The notes under the pieces are model-generated. The model saw only the letters and a list, made by a program, of their open reading frames with translations. It searched no databases and was not told where the DNA came from. A program made the position numbers and the translations under genes. From an uncultured virus (IMG/VR IMGVR_UViG_3300046517_000932) (lineage: Duplodnaviria; Heunggongvirae; Uroviricota; Caudoviricetes): a stretch of DNA of 64,000 bases. Positions 44,970-54,927 of the stretch are shown one piece after another; the first letter of the stretch is position 1, and every line of letters begins with the position of its first letter. The stretch lies in IMG/VR virus record IMGVR_UViG_3300046517_000932; one strand, given 5' to 3'.

Positions 44970-45551
44970 CAAATATCTTCCCAATCGTTAGGGTCTGCAG
45001 GTGCGGCGACCGCATCCGCGTCTCTCAATTCAGCCTCAAGATCGAAATCGTCGTCCTCAGATTCTTCCTTGGCCGGGTTATCGAAATAGAAGTGCGCCCA
45101 GTACTCCGTCTCCATCTGCTCGAGGGTCGCATCGAGGTAGCGCGGATCAGTCGGCGCCAGGCAGTACTTGCGGCGAAACCAGAACGCTATCGTCTGCGAC
45201 GCTTCCCGCCCGTTGATCTTCGCGTCCCGACTGAGGTTTTCGTCGAAAGGAGTCCTCCCGAGCGCGGAGCGCAGCATGCACGTTCATCAAACGCGCGTAA
45301 TTCTCATCGTCGAGCGGATCCATCTCGTCGAGCACCCAACCGGCCGGCGCGTTCAGCGTCAAAACCTTGAGCGTCGCGATCCAGCCGCCGACCGTCTCGA
45401 GGAACGCCGACGGCGTTGCGATGCCCTCGCTAAGACGCGAGAACTCGGCAGCGATCGCCAGCTCGGACCGCATGTTGCGGCGAGCGAATGTAAAAACGCC
45501 GACGTCAGGAACGTCGACAACAAATTCTTTGGAACCAGGCGCAGCGGACAT
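44969..45551 (-). CDS. Tail assembly chaperone pair (45147-45551 plus frameshift extension to 44969)
   Basis: Two overlapping ORFs between tube and tape measure; TCC TTT CGA at 45251-45243. Confidence 0.75.
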
Positions 45552-45572
45552 TGCGAACTCTCTCTAGGATTT

Positions 45573-45601
45573 AAAAAAGGCCGCCGGGTTAAGGCGGCCT
45601 T
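45573..45601 (-). terminator. Intrinsic terminator after the tail tube gene
   Basis: AAGGCCGCC/GGCGGCCTT stem followed by T6 on the minus strand. Confidence 0.8.
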
Positions 45602-45618
45602 CCCTTGCTACGTGGCGC

Positions 45619-46044
45619 TTAGATCTGCGTGCCGGAGGTGTCGAGTGCGTTGAACTGCCCGCTCGAAACCACGACCGCATTCGCGCTCACTTCGACGTCG
45701 CCGGACGCGTACGAGACGCCCATGTACTTCTTGAGCAACGTGCCGTCGTCCTTGTCGAACACTTCGACGTCGAACACCAGGCCCTGCAGGACCGCGTCGC
45801 CGTTCTCCGCCGTGATGCCAGCCGAGCGCATCGAACCGGACTTCAGCACGACCTGCTGGCACGTGAGCGTGTGGCGCGCGACCGTCGGCACGTACTCAAT
45901 CACGTGAATATCGCCGATGCCGCTCACAGGCTCAGGCGCATAATCGTCATTCATGCGCACGCTTTTCATCGCGCCGATCGTGTTGCCGTCGTACGTGATG
46001 ACGATCCGGTTGCCACTCCGGGTTTTGACGTTCTTGGTTGCCAT
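45619..46044 (-). CDS. Tail tube protein
   Basis: 141 aa gene after the sheath; GNRI.I...G..IG, EPVSGIGDIHVIEYVP. Confidence 0.8.
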   Translation of the reverse strand: MATKNVKTRSGNRIVITYDGNTIGAMKSVRMNDDYAPEPVSGIGDIHVIEYVPTVARHTLTCQQVVLKSGSMRSAGITAENGDAVLQGLVFDVEVFDKDDGTLLKKYMGVSYASGDVEVSANAVVVSSGQFNALDTSGTQI

Positions 46045-46057
46045 TTATCAGGCCTCC

Positions 46058-47770
46058 TTATGCCGATGCCGTGCCGCTGTACGGGACAGCGAATACGGAG
46101 ACCGGGATATAGTTGATCGGCAGAACCGGGCTGCACTGGAACTGGACGCCGATCACGTCCCCGCTCAGCGTTGCCTGGATGTTCTTGTATGCCGGGTTCT
46201 TTGCGTCGCCAACCAGCACGCCAGGGCCGCTCGGTTCCGCGACCGCGAGCAGGCGCAGCGTCGAGTCCGCGATCGACACGGCGCGAGCCATGTTTTGCGG
46301 CGTCGCCTTTTGACCGCGCAGCACATCCAGCGCGTTACGCACGTTGCGCACGGTGAAGTCGAGAGCCGTACCGACCGATTGCTCGACGCGGTTGTAGTTC
46401 GAATTCACGAGCCAGGTGCTGATCGACTTGACGATCATGTAACCCGTCGACGCGTTTTCCACGCACAGAACGCCACCCTTGATCAACGCGTCCGTATCGG
46501 TCGGGTTGTTCAGGTTCCGCTCGAGACCACGGACCGTGATCGACTTGTTCGTCAGCGGAGTGCCCGGGTTCACACCCGCGAACGCGCCGGCGATGATTGC
46601 CGCCGTGAGGTACGGCGAGAACAGCGTCAGATCGCCGTTCGCGTCATAGTCGTAGTAGCCGAGGTGCACCAGCGACGTACGGTCCGAGTTGATCGCCTTG
46701 GCGGCCGCGATCGCGGCGATGTCGGTCGTACCGAGTGCCGTACCGCAGATTGCGCGGCGTTCCTTCCGGCCGGTCGTGCTCATGTACTGCACGTGCGCGT
46801 CCGTCATTGCGGCGATCGACGGATCCGAGCTGATCGGCGTGACCCACTGCACATCGACGTTCTGCAGAGTCGTGAAAGCAGCCGACCACTGCGTGTTGGT
46901 CGTCACGCCATCGGATCCGCCCGTGAGATACGCGAACGAACTCGGCGCCGGCACCTTGCCTGCGTTGGTCGCGCGCGTCGCCACGACGAAGCCTTGGGCC
47001 GAACTGTTGAACCAGTCGATCAGCGCCTGGAGGTTTGCCGTCGCCGTGTAAAGCGACGTCTTGACGTCCACGCTCGACACGTAGTCGAGACCATTCAGAG
47101 CAGCCTGAATGCCGTTGCCGTCGAGCACCGTCGCCAGGAAGCCCGGCACGACGTCGATTGCGTCGACGAGCTGCTGAATCGTCTTCATCTGCGTCAGGTC
47201 GATCGTTGCCACCGCCGAACCCGCTACCGACAGAGCCACCGACGTGCCCGTGACCGACATCGTTGCGCTCGCGCCCGCGCCCGAATACTGAATCGAGAAC
47301 GCATTGCGATAGATGTTGTCCTGGGTGTAGTAGCTCGTGCCGTACTGCGTCGTGGCCTGCAGGCCTTGCACGCTACCCGCTTGAACCTTGACCTTGATCT
47401 GGTTGTTCCAAGCACCGTAGTCGGCCGAAAGCAGATTGATCGCCGGCGAGCTCGAGGCGTCGAGCAGCGTCATCGACGATTGAAGCGCCGGATTGACGCG
47501 GATCACGACGACGGACGCGGCGCCGCCAACTTCATCCGACGGGTTGAACGCCTTTTTCACTGCCGTGAGCAGCTCGCCACCGATCAGCGTTGCCTCCGCA
47601 GTCGACGGATCACCGAACGTCAGCGGCGTATTCGGCGCACCGCCGACGGATGTACCAATCAGCGCGACGACATTGCCGACCGACAGGTTTTGATTCGCCA
47701 TTGCGGAATCGTCGACGGTCGACATCGTCGCCGGCGAGACCCACTGACGTCCTGCGAAAAATACAGGCAT
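46058..47770 (-). CDS. Tail sheath protein
   Basis: ALIGTSVGG.PN, YLTGGSDG, PLTNK, C-terminal PVLPINYI. Confidence 0.9.
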   Translation of the reverse strand: MPVFFAGRQWVSPATMSTVDDSAMANQNLSVGNVVALIGTSVGGAPNTPLTFGDPSTAEATLIGGELLTAVKKAFNPSDEVGGAASVVVIRVNPALQSSMTLLDASSSPAINLLSADYGAWNNQIKVKVQAGSVQGLQATTQYGTSYYTQDNIYRNAFSIQYSGAGASATMSVTGTSVALSVAGSAVATIDLTQMKTIQQLVDAIDVVPGFLATVLDGNGIQAALNGLDYVSSVDVKTSLYTATANLQALIDWFNSSAQGFVVATRATNAGKVPAPSSFAYLTGGSDGVTTNTQWSAAFTTLQNVDVQWVTPISSDPSIAAMTDAHVQYMSTTGRKERRAICGTALGTTDIAAIAAAKAINSDRTSLVHLGYYDYDANGDLTLFSPYLTAAIIAGAFAGVNPGTPLTNKSITVRGLERNLNNPTDTDALIKGGVLCVENASTGYMIVKSISTWLVNSNYNRVEQSVGTALDFTVRNVRNALDVLRGQKATPQNMARAVSIADSTLRLLAVAEPSGPGVLVGDAKNPAYKNIQATLSGDVIGVQFQCSPVLPINYIPVSVFAVPYSGTASA

Positions 47771-47779
47771 GTTTCGTCC

Positions 47780-48004
47780 TTATACGGGCTTGTTGAGAAA
47801 AGCCGTGTATCGAGCCTGATAGTTCGATTCGGCATCTTTTTGGCGCCCGGCTTGCGTTTCCGTGAAGTGGAAACCGCCAATGAGCTCGACGCGGCGATCA
47901 GTCATCGACAGCCGCGTACAAAACTCATCAAGCGTTACCAGCGGCACCGCCGTGACAGCGGGAGATCCGCCGCCGACGATCGCTACGTCTTGGTCCATAC
48001 TCAT
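47780..48004 (-). CDS. Small virion-associated protein
   Basis: GAGGA RBS before MSMDQDV; directly upstream of the sheath gene. Confidence 0.6.
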   Translation of the reverse strand: MSMDQDVAIVGGGSPAVTAVPLVTLDEFCTRLSMTDRRVELIGGFHFTETQAGRQKDAESNYQARYTAFLNKPV

Positions 48005-48009
48005 TTCCT

Positions 48010-48843
48010 CTAGTTGGGAGATACAACGGTTACTTCCACATCGACGATCGGGTCGACTTGATCGCCCACCACGACAGGCGCCATGCACGTGAACGTGCCG
48101 GCGGCCTGGTAGACCGGCGCCGGATATTCCCCGCTCACCGCATCAACGTCCTGCATGGAAAACTCGGGCTGAACCATGCCGGCGCTATCGAACACGGGCA
48201 GGTTGCCGATCACGATTCGGCGAATCGCCTTGCGCAGCGCGATCCGCTCATCAGGGTTTTGCGTCCATCCGATCACGGCGATCTGAACGCTTGCGAGCCA
48301 ACCCTCGGACTCCGTCCATTGGTTTGCGGCCTCATCGAACGAGTCCGCGAGGAACTGCTCGCCGAGCACGCGCTCAGACGGCGACTCGGACGTCAGGTGA
48401 ACGCTCACCATCGGCCAGCGACTGTCTTCGTACTGAGGAGGCGCAGTCAGCACGGGAATGGCTCCCGTTGCCGGCCGCAGCGTGCCGCGCGCCACTTCGA
48501 CGGAGAGTCCGGCCGCCAGGCGATCGCGAAACAGCGACAATGCATCGACGCTGTAGTCGACATAGGTCGCATTCGGAGTCGCAGTGGCAACGTTGCTCGC
48601 CGTCCACTCAACGCCGTCCCAATAGAACGCGCAGTAGTACATCGCGACGCCGTTCTGCAGGCCCGTCACATCGACCGCGTAGTTTTCGTCGCCTTCATAC
48701 GCGACAAACGCAGCCGGATCCGCTTCGCCAGCGAACGTGCCGGTACCGTTGCGCAGGATTCGCCAGCTAAGCGCGCCACTAGGCGGCGCAAGGAAAACCT
48801 TTAGCGCGTTACCGATTGGGAGTGCGACGACGAAAGAGATCAT
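48010..48843 (-). CDS. Tail completion/terminator-like protein with N-terminal FN3-like domain
   Basis: Gene position; WPMVSVHL..E; beta-rich N-terminus. Confidence 0.55.
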   Translation of the reverse strand: MISFVVALPIGNALKVFLAPPSGALSWRILRNGTGTFAGEADPAAFVAYEGDENYAVDVTGLQNGVAMYYCAFYWDGVEWTASNVATATPNATYVDYSVDALSLFRDRLAAGLSVEVARGTLRPATGAIPVLTAPPQYEDSRWPMVSVHLTSESPSERVLGEQFLADSFDEAANQWTESEGWLASVQIAVIGWTQNPDERIALRKAIRRIVIGNLPVFDSAGMVQPEFSMQDVDAVSGEYPAPVYQAAGTFTCMAPVVVGDQVDPIVDVEVTVVSPN

Positions 48844-48849
48844 GAGAGG

Positions 48850-48890
48850 AGTTTGCTGTCACGACCGCGCGCGCGACGTGACGCTAAACT
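48850..48890. promoter_or_regulatory. Back-to-back late promoters
   Basis: Minus copy GTCGTGAC-AGC-AAACT (48850-48865) and plus copy GACGTGAC-GCT-AAACT (48875-48890). Confidence 0.75.
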
Positions 48891-48911
48891 GCTGTCAAGG
48901 AGGTGTTTCGC

Positions 48912-49766
48912 ATGGCTGAATTCAAAATCGCTGTCGACCTGTCTGCGGTAATAAACGCGGTACCGGTGATCACCCGGCAGGTGTTTCCACTGGTCAATCA
49001 AACGATTCGCGCCATCGCGCAGCAGACGCACGCGAACTGGATGGAGTCGGTCTATCGGGCGAAGCTATGGAGTGGCGAGAAAGACGCCTACGCGAAGTCG
49101 ATCACCTGGGAGATGACCGGAGACTTTTCCGCCGTCGTGCAGAGCGACTATAAGAACGCGGACGAGATCGAGACCGGCCGGCCGCCGTACGACCTCAAGC
49201 AGATGCTGAACACGTCGCCGAAGGTGCGACGAACGAAGGACGGTCGACGCTTCATGATCATCCCCTTCCGGCAGAACACGACCGGATACGACGCGCTCAC
49301 CTCGAGCATGCCGCAGGACGTCTATGACGCTGGATCCGCGCTCAAAGCGAGCTCGATCGTCGGCCAGGCCAAGCGCGCGTCAGGCGAGATCACCTCGATT
49401 CATCCGAAGTGGGGCACACAGGTTCTCAAGAAGCAAACGCCGTTCGCCTCGAACACGAAGACGCGCGGACCGATGCTGGTCAACAAGAACATCTATAAAT
49501 GGGGAGGCAAGCTCGACACGAGCGGCATGACGGGACTAAGCGACGCGCAGAAGAAGCGCTATAACGGCATGGTGCGGATGACCGGCGCCACACCGGGAGG
49601 CGGCCGTTACAGTCAATTCATGACGTTCCGCGTGATGATGGAAGGCTCGAGCGGATGGATAATCCCCGCGCGCCCGGGCCTGTACCTGGCGAAGAAAGTC
49701 GCAGACAAGATGCAACCGCTCGCCGAGAAAGTCCTCAACGAGGCGGTTGCACAGTCGTTCAAGTAG
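48912..49766 (+). CDS. Virion morphogenesis (neck-type) protein on the opposite strand
   Basis: AAGGAGG RBS; IETGRPPYDLK...IIPFR, MTFR...S.GWIIP.RPG. Confidence 0.65.
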   Translation: MAEFKIAVDLSAVINAVPVITRQVFPLVNQTIRAIAQQTHANWMESVYRAKLWSGEKDAYAKSITWEMTGDFSAVVQSDYKNADEIETGRPPYDLKQMLNTSPKVRRTKDGRRFMIIPFRQNTTGYDALTSSMPQDVYDAGSALKASSIVGQAKRASGEITSIHPKWGTQVLKKQTPFASNTKTRGPMLVNKNIYKWGGKLDTSGMTGLSDAQKKRYNGMVRMTGATPGGGRYSQFMTFRVMMEGSSGWIIPARPGLYLAKKVADKMQPLAEKVLNEAVAQSFK

Positions 49767-50409
49767 TCGATGCCATATCGCGGCCGTAGAGATCGAAGGA
49801 GCGCAGAACAACGCGCTTCGGCAATCTCGCGCCCTGGTGCTCGCCGCGTACGTTCGGGAACGCGCCCCAGCAGAAGTACTCAGAGAATCGTTTGCCGGAG
49901 ATGCTGTACTGAGTGCCGACCGGAGGCGCCCCGCTCGCCCACGACAGCGAGCCATCGGCCGTCACCGTCGGGATCCCACCAGGCACGACGTTTCCATTCG
50001 CGTCGAGCCAGAACACGCGCGCGATACTGTTGACATTGAAGAACAGTTTTTCAACCGGATCACCGCGCACCAGCACGAGCGAAAAGTCTTCGGTCGCGTT
50101 CATCATCGTCACGCGATCGAACTGGCCCAGCTCGTAGAGCGGACTCGACTCAGGAATCGACACGACCGCGTCGCCGTCCTGCCACATGCCGAACTGCGCC
50201 CAGGCCTGCTGCACCTTCTGCCCAGCAATACCGGCGATGCCCGTCACAGCCGGATCCCATAGGCGCCCTTTGCCGCCGCACTGCGGGCACGTCGGCGACG
50301 CCGCGCCCGAGTACGCGTTCGTGCACGGGCAATGGAAGGCCTTGCGCCAGGCGCAGGTCTGCCCGATGTTATTCAGGTGCGCGTTAAACGCTGCAGGGTT
50401 CAGTCTCAT
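49759..50409 (-). CDS. Head closure/stopper-like protein
   Basis: W.KA..CPC....CPQCGGKG motif; follows the adaptor gene. Confidence 0.6.
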   Translation of the reverse strand: MRLNPAAFNAHLNNIGQTCAWRKAFHCPCTNAYSGAASPTCPQCGGKGRLWDPAVTGIAGIAGQKVQQAWAQFGMWQDGDAVVSIPESSPLYELGQFDRVTMMNATEDFSLVLVRGDPVEKLFFNVNSIARVFWLDANGNVVPGGIPTVTADGSLSWASGAPPVGTQYSISGKRFSEYFCWGAFPNVRGEHQGARLPKRVVLRSFDLYGRDMASTT

Positions 50410-51515
50410 CCCATCACCGCCGCGCGGATCCCGTGAATCGCCGTCATCAGGCCGCCGTTCGCGCCCTTCGGACCGTTGAGCGTGTAGTCGATCGTCTCGC
50501 GATACTTGTCCATGTCGACGCTCACCGACTGCGACAGACCGTCAGCGCTGATCGATCCGGACTGCACCGGGAATGTGTCCTCGATCGCCTTGAGCACGGC
50601 CTTTTTCTTGATCACGTCGATCAGCTCGGGATACTCCGCGCGCGCGTTCGCGATGCCGGCGACATACGTCAGGTTCATCATGAACGGAATCGTGCGACCG
50701 GCCGCGACCGCCTGCATGATGAACGACGACAGCGGCACCGTGACGGCGTACGTCGACGGCACCAGGCGGATCACGCCATATTTCTGATCGAGGCGGATCC
50801 AGTCCTGCGGGATCACGAACACCATCGCAGCCGGATCCGGATAGGCGAACTGCATGACCTGCACCGACTGACACGGCTTTTGACGCGTCGCGATATAGCC
50901 CCAGGTGTCGCCCTGGAAGAACGACGGACCGTAGTCGTACGGCGGATCCACCGCCCACGGCATGCCCGCCGGCAGCGCCGCGATCTGCGCATCAGTCGGC
51001 GGATACGGGAAGAACTGTGTCGGAACGAGCGGCACGCGCAACGTGTGCGCGATCTCGGACTCAGCCGCGACCAGCTTGCCCCACAAATAGTCGTCCGTGA
51101 GCACCTGGCCGGAGAAGAAATTCGACGCGGCCGCGAGCAGGTTATCCGCGCGCAACTCCTCGATCGCCAGATCCTTGACGAACAACTGCGATCGCGTCGC
51201 CACGCCGGCCGCTTCGACGTCGATCTTGAACCGTTTCACGAACGCCGGCGCCGAGCTCGTGATCGCCAGCATTGCAGCGCCCACCGGCACGCCAGTCATC
51301 GCCGCGCTGTCGAGCGTGACCGCGACGACGCCGGCACCCCAGTTTGCGCCCGGATCCGTCGACGCGGCAGGCTGTGCCGGGCACAGCGCCGTCGTGCCAT
51401 CCATCGCGAATAGCTGCGCTGTGACAGTCGAGCTCGAGGCGATCGCCACCGGCGCGCCGTCGATCTGGACCGTTACCGCGAATTGTGCCGGCAGACCGGC
51501 GAGGATAGTTGTCAT
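50406..51515 (-). CDS. Head-tail adaptor protein
   Basis: AAESEI.H.L, YVAG, SGSISADGLSQSVS. Confidence 0.65.
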   Translation of the reverse strand: MTTILAGLPAQFAVTVQIDGAPVAIASSSTVTAQLFAMDGTTALCPAQPAASTDPGANWGAGVVAVTLDSAAMTGVPVGAAMLAITSSAPAFVKRFKIDVEAAGVATRSQLFVKDLAIEELRADNLLAAASNFFSGQVLTDDYLWGKLVAAESEIAHTLRVPLVPTQFFPYPPTDAQIAALPAGMPWAVDPPYDYGPSFFQGDTWGYIATRQKPCQSVQVMQFAYPDPAAMVFVIPQDWIRLDQKYGVIRLVPSTYAVTVPLSSFIMQAVAAGRTIPFMMNLTYVAGIANARAEYPELIDVIKKKAVLKAIEDTFPVQSGSISADGLSQSVSVDMDKYRETIDYTLNGPKGANGGLMTAIHGIRAAVMG

Positions 51516-51517
51516 AC

Positions 51518-52063
51518 TCAGGCCCGCTTAAAAGGCGTGTACGTAAAGCAAATCGGCGTGCGCCATACCGGCCCCCAAGGCGCCGTTTTCCAGGCCGCGC
51601 CGTCCCAGTAATTCCAGGCTTTCCAGCCGAGTTTCGCGTTGCCCCATCGGCCGAGGTAATTGATATTGAAGGCGCCGCGCGGCCCGCGCGCGATCCACAG
51701 CGTTTTGCCCGTCGACGCGTCGATATCGTTGCGCGTCACGCGCCAGGCGGATCGGTCGAACGCCTGGCCGAGCACCCAGTAGCTGAAACCGTAGCCGGGA
51801 TTGCGATAGAGCCAGCGCGTGCGCAGCCACCAGAGCTCTAAGCCTGTTGGAACGGTCTCGCTCGACGTCCGGCCCGCGAACACAAAATAGCCGTCCTTCC
51901 ACCCGGCATCGAGCGACGCGTCGAATGTCTGAAACCACTTGAGACAGCGCGGCAGATTGCCAGCCGAGTCGGCGAACGCCGCGACGATCGGCGCGAGAAA
52001 CAGCGCCAGCAGCGTGAACGTGAGATCGCCCAGCGCCAGGAAGGGATACAGGAATGCCAGCAA
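51518..52063 (-). CDS. Trp-rich membrane-associated hypothetical protein
   Basis: LP..LKWFQTFD.SLD...WLYRNPGYGF...LGWK; TTG start with AGGAG RBS. Confidence 0.6.
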   Translation of the reverse strand: MLAFLYPFLALGDLTFTLLALFLAPIVAAFADSAGNLPRCLKWFQTFDASLDAGWKDGYFVFAGRTSSETVPTGLELWWLRTRWLYRNPGYGFSYWVLGQAFDRSAWRVTRNDIDASTGKTLWIARGPRGAFNINYLGRWGNAKLGWKAWNYWDGAAWKTAPWGPVWRTPICFTYTPFKRA

Positions 52064-52140
52064 GAAAAGCTCCTCAATGAAAAAGGCCGCCGGCGGATCA
52101 GTCCGACGACGGCCTCATGGCAATAAAACACGCCGACGGC

Positions 52141-52407
52141 TTAGCGCGCGCTCAGCACTTTGATCTGAGCGGAGCTCGTCGCCGTGACGCCATACGTCGC
52201 CGCATTCGCCGCGCCGATGCCCGCCACGTTTGCCGTGTCGAGGTGCGCGAGAAGCGTTCCGTATTTCGTCGCGAGCGCCGCATACGACGCCTGCAGCGCG
52301 TTGTAGTTCGTGATCAGATCCTCGATCACTTGACCCAGCTTCGCGCTTTTCGCGCCCGGGGTCAGGGTGTCCAAACGACGGACCAGAGTCTTTTCAGACA
52401 GATTCAT
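52141..52407 (-). CDS. Small head-associated protein
   Basis: Downstream of the capsid gene; followed by a terminator-like hairpin at about 52080-52116. Confidence 0.6.
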   Translation of the reverse strand: MNLSEKTLVRRLDTLTPGAKSAKLGQVIEDLITNYNALQASYAALATKYGTLLAHLDTANVAGIGAANAATYGVTATSSAQIKVLSAR

Positions 52408-52424
52408 AGCTCACCCTTTGAGGG

Positions 52425-52685
52425 TTATGCCGCCGGCGCAGTCGCATCCGTCGCCGCAGGTGCGGCAGGTGCGGCCGCGTCTTCGGCCGGGATCAGCGGT
52501 GCCTGGGCAGCAGCGGCATCCTTAGCCGCATTTTTGCCGTGCAACACGTAGCCCTTGATGGACAGGAGCACCTGCGCGACCTCGTCGTCGATTTCTTCCG
52601 AGATCATGCCGAGCTTGTGCGAAACGAACTTGATGCCGTTGATCAATTCCGAACCGTTGCCGAGAGTCCAAATAACCTTTGCCAT
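52425..52685 (-). CDS. Small hypothetical protein
   Basis: AGGAGG RBS; Ala/Pro-rich tail. Confidence 0.6.
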   Translation of the reverse strand: MAKVIWTLGNGSELINGIKFVSHKLGMISEEIDDEVAQVLLSIKGYVLHGKNAAKDAAAAQAPLIPAEDAAAPAAPAATDATAPAA

Positions 52686-52758
52686 ACAACCTCCTGGAAA
52701 TTTTCAAGAAGGCCGCGCACCTCCCGATGCGCGGCCCGTTTCGCCTACCGACTAACGA

Positions 52759-54264
52759 TTACTCGTTAGCGAACGGACGCCACACAGCGTTGCTGGCGAG
52801 CACGTTCTTGATGTAGCCGTGATGCTTCGGCTTCGTCATCCGCAGGTACCCGAACAGGAACTGGAACCACGAAATGACCGGCATCCCACCCACGCCGAAC
52901 GGCAGCGGGATCTTGGTCATCGGCTGGAACTGGCGCCAGCCGATCGCGTCTGCCGACTGCTGCATGTTCAACAGCGGGATCGACGACGTGCCCGGGATGT
53001 CGCGGTTCAGATCCGTGTAGGTCGTCGACGCGCCGGTTTTCGGGATGATCTTCACGAGACGCAGATCGGTGATAACGCCCGTGCCGTTCTGACGGCTGCG
53101 ATAGATCGCGTAGCCCGATTCGGTGCCGGCGGCCGACTGCGTGATCGTGATCACCGGAGCTGCGCCGGTTGCGACGGCTTGCTGCGTGCTGATCACTGCC
53201 TGGGTCATACCTTCGCCGTTGGCGCCGATCGCCGCGACTGCCCAGTAGTAGTTGCCTGCGCGCGTCGAGCTGAACTGCGAGGATGCGCTCGTCGGTGCCG
53301 GGTTGACAGCGATCGCCGCCGGCTTGAATGCCGCATTGGCCGCAGCGGTAGCCGCGTAGTTCACTTCGAACGGCGAGATCATCGGGTTGTTCTCGTCGTG
53401 CAGGAACGTGTCCATGCTCGTACGCAGCACGCCGTTGGTCAGGCGGATGCCTTCCACATGGCCGCCGATCTGCGGCGTGTTGCCACCCGTCGGCATCCAA
53501 CGATACGCCGGATCCAGGCCGCTATTCAGGTCGTTCTGGATCGAGACCGGCAGGAACACGTCGGTCGAACGGCCCCACGAACCATAACGGCTCACGGCAA
53601 CGTTGATCTGCGAGAACGGCGTCACGCTGTCGAGCTTCGCGCCTTGCATGTCGACGACGTTGTCGCCGCTCATTGCGCCGGCAGCGATCTGCGCGTCGAT
53701 CTGCGCGAAAATGCCGTCGAACTGGGTCGGCGATGCAGCCGCATTGCCGTGGAACAGCAGGTACTCAGCGTCCGTCAGGAGCTGGAGTGCGCCGTTGCGT
53801 TCTTCGACAGCCGTCGATTCGACGATGTTCTTGCCGATGTTCAGCACGTAGCCGACTTGACGCAGCGACATCAGGAACTTCACCAGACCCACTTCACGCG
53901 AGTAGTCACCCTGCGCAGCGCGCACGACGCCCATCTGCGAGTTGGTCGAGCCACCCAGGAAGCCACCGACGTTGTTCTGACGAACGTATTCGTCAACGAT
54001 GTTCGTCGCGTTCGTGCGAGCCAGGCGATTGAACAGCGTGAAGTGTTCGTTTTCCTGGATCGTCGACTTCATTGCCGTGTCGAGCGACTGCACGCCCAAC
54101 GCACCGCCACCCGTCAGGGTTGCGACGTCGGTCTGATAGTTGCTCGCCTCGAGCGCCTTTTGCAGGTCTTCGAACGCGTTCAACGAACCACCCGACGAAC
54201 CGCCCAGCGACGGAGTAGCTCCGCCGGGCGCAACGCCGGAAAACTGATTCAAAATGTTGCTCAT
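52759..54264 (-). CDS. Major capsid protein
   Basis: LTGGGALGVQSLD, LFHGN.....QFDG; resembles SPO1/Twort-type capsid proteins; follows protease and scaffold. Confidence 0.85.
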   Translation of the reverse strand: MSNILNQFSGVAPGGATPSLGGSSGGSLNAFEDLQKALEASNYQTDVATLTGGGALGVQSLDTAMKSTIQENEHFTLFNRLARTNATNIVDEYVRQNNVGGFLGGSTNSQMGVVRAAQGDYSREVGLVKFLMSLRQVGYVLNIGKNIVESTAVEERNGALQLLTDAEYLLFHGNAAASPTQFDGIFAQIDAQIAAGAMSGDNVVDMQGAKLDSVTPFSQINVAVSRYGSWGRSTDVFLPVSIQNDLNSGLDPAYRWMPTGGNTPQIGGHVEGIRLTNGVLRTSMDTFLHDENNPMISPFEVNYAATAAANAAFKPAAIAVNPAPTSASSQFSSTRAGNYYWAVAAIGANGEGMTQAVISTQQAVATGAAPVITITQSAAGTESGYAIYRSRQNGTGVITDLRLVKIIPKTGASTTYTDLNRDIPGTSSIPLLNMQQSADAIGWRQFQPMTKIPLPFGVGGMPVISWFQFLFGYLRMTKPKHHGYIKNVLASNAVWRPFANE

Positions 54265-54288
54265 ATTTACCTCGAGTTGCGCCTGAAA

Positions 54289-54927
54289 TTAGGCAAGTAC
54301 TTTGGAAACCAGCGCCGGATCAATCGCAGCGTTTTGGCGGATGCAGACGTCGATCGTCGTGAACTCGAGACCGGTGATCCGGCCTGCGCTGAACGCGGCG
54401 TCCGACTTAGCCAGGAACTCTTTCGGAGTCAGGCCTTCGTCTGTTTGGGACTTCTTCAGCTCGCCGGCAGCGACCTTTTCGGTCAAAGCGAGAACCGTCT
54501 TGCGGCCGCGACCTTGCCCTGCGAGCTCCTCAACGCGAGCCATCAGCGACTTGATCAGCGTGCCTTGCGTCTTCACCACGCCGAGCGTCGACTCGAGGGC
54601 CTTCGCCATCGTGTCTTCGTGCGAGCCAACTTGACCCTTGAGAGCGCCGATGTCAGCGATCAGGGACTTGACCAGCTCGGTACCGTCGACTGCGTCGATC
54701 GAATTGCCTTCGGCGTCCGTGAGCGTCATCGACTTGCCCATCAGCTCGCCCGGATCCTTGTCCTCGTCGTCTTCGTCGTCGTCCGGGTTGACGTTGTCGT
54801 TACCGCCGCCTTCACCAGCGGCGGCTTGGATTTTTGCGTCATCCTTACCGTCGTCCGCCGGGAGAGCCTTGGTCATTGCCTCGTTGTCGGCCTGCAGCTC
54901 GCCGAGCAACTGTTCAAACTGACTCAT
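54289..54927 (-). CDS. Head scaffolding protein
   Basis: Acidic, coiled-coil; between protease and capsid genes. Confidence 0.65.
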   Translation of the reverse strand: MSQFEQLLGELQADNEAMTKALPADDGKDDAKIQAAAGEGGGNDNVNPDDDEDDEDKDPGELMGKSMTLTDAEGNSIDAVDGTELVKSLIADIGALKGQVGSHEDTMAKALESTLGVVKTQGTLIKSLMARVEELAGQGRGRKTVLALTEKVAAGELKKSQTDEGLTPKEFLAKSDAAFSAGRITGLEFTTIDVCIRQNAAIDPALVSKVLA

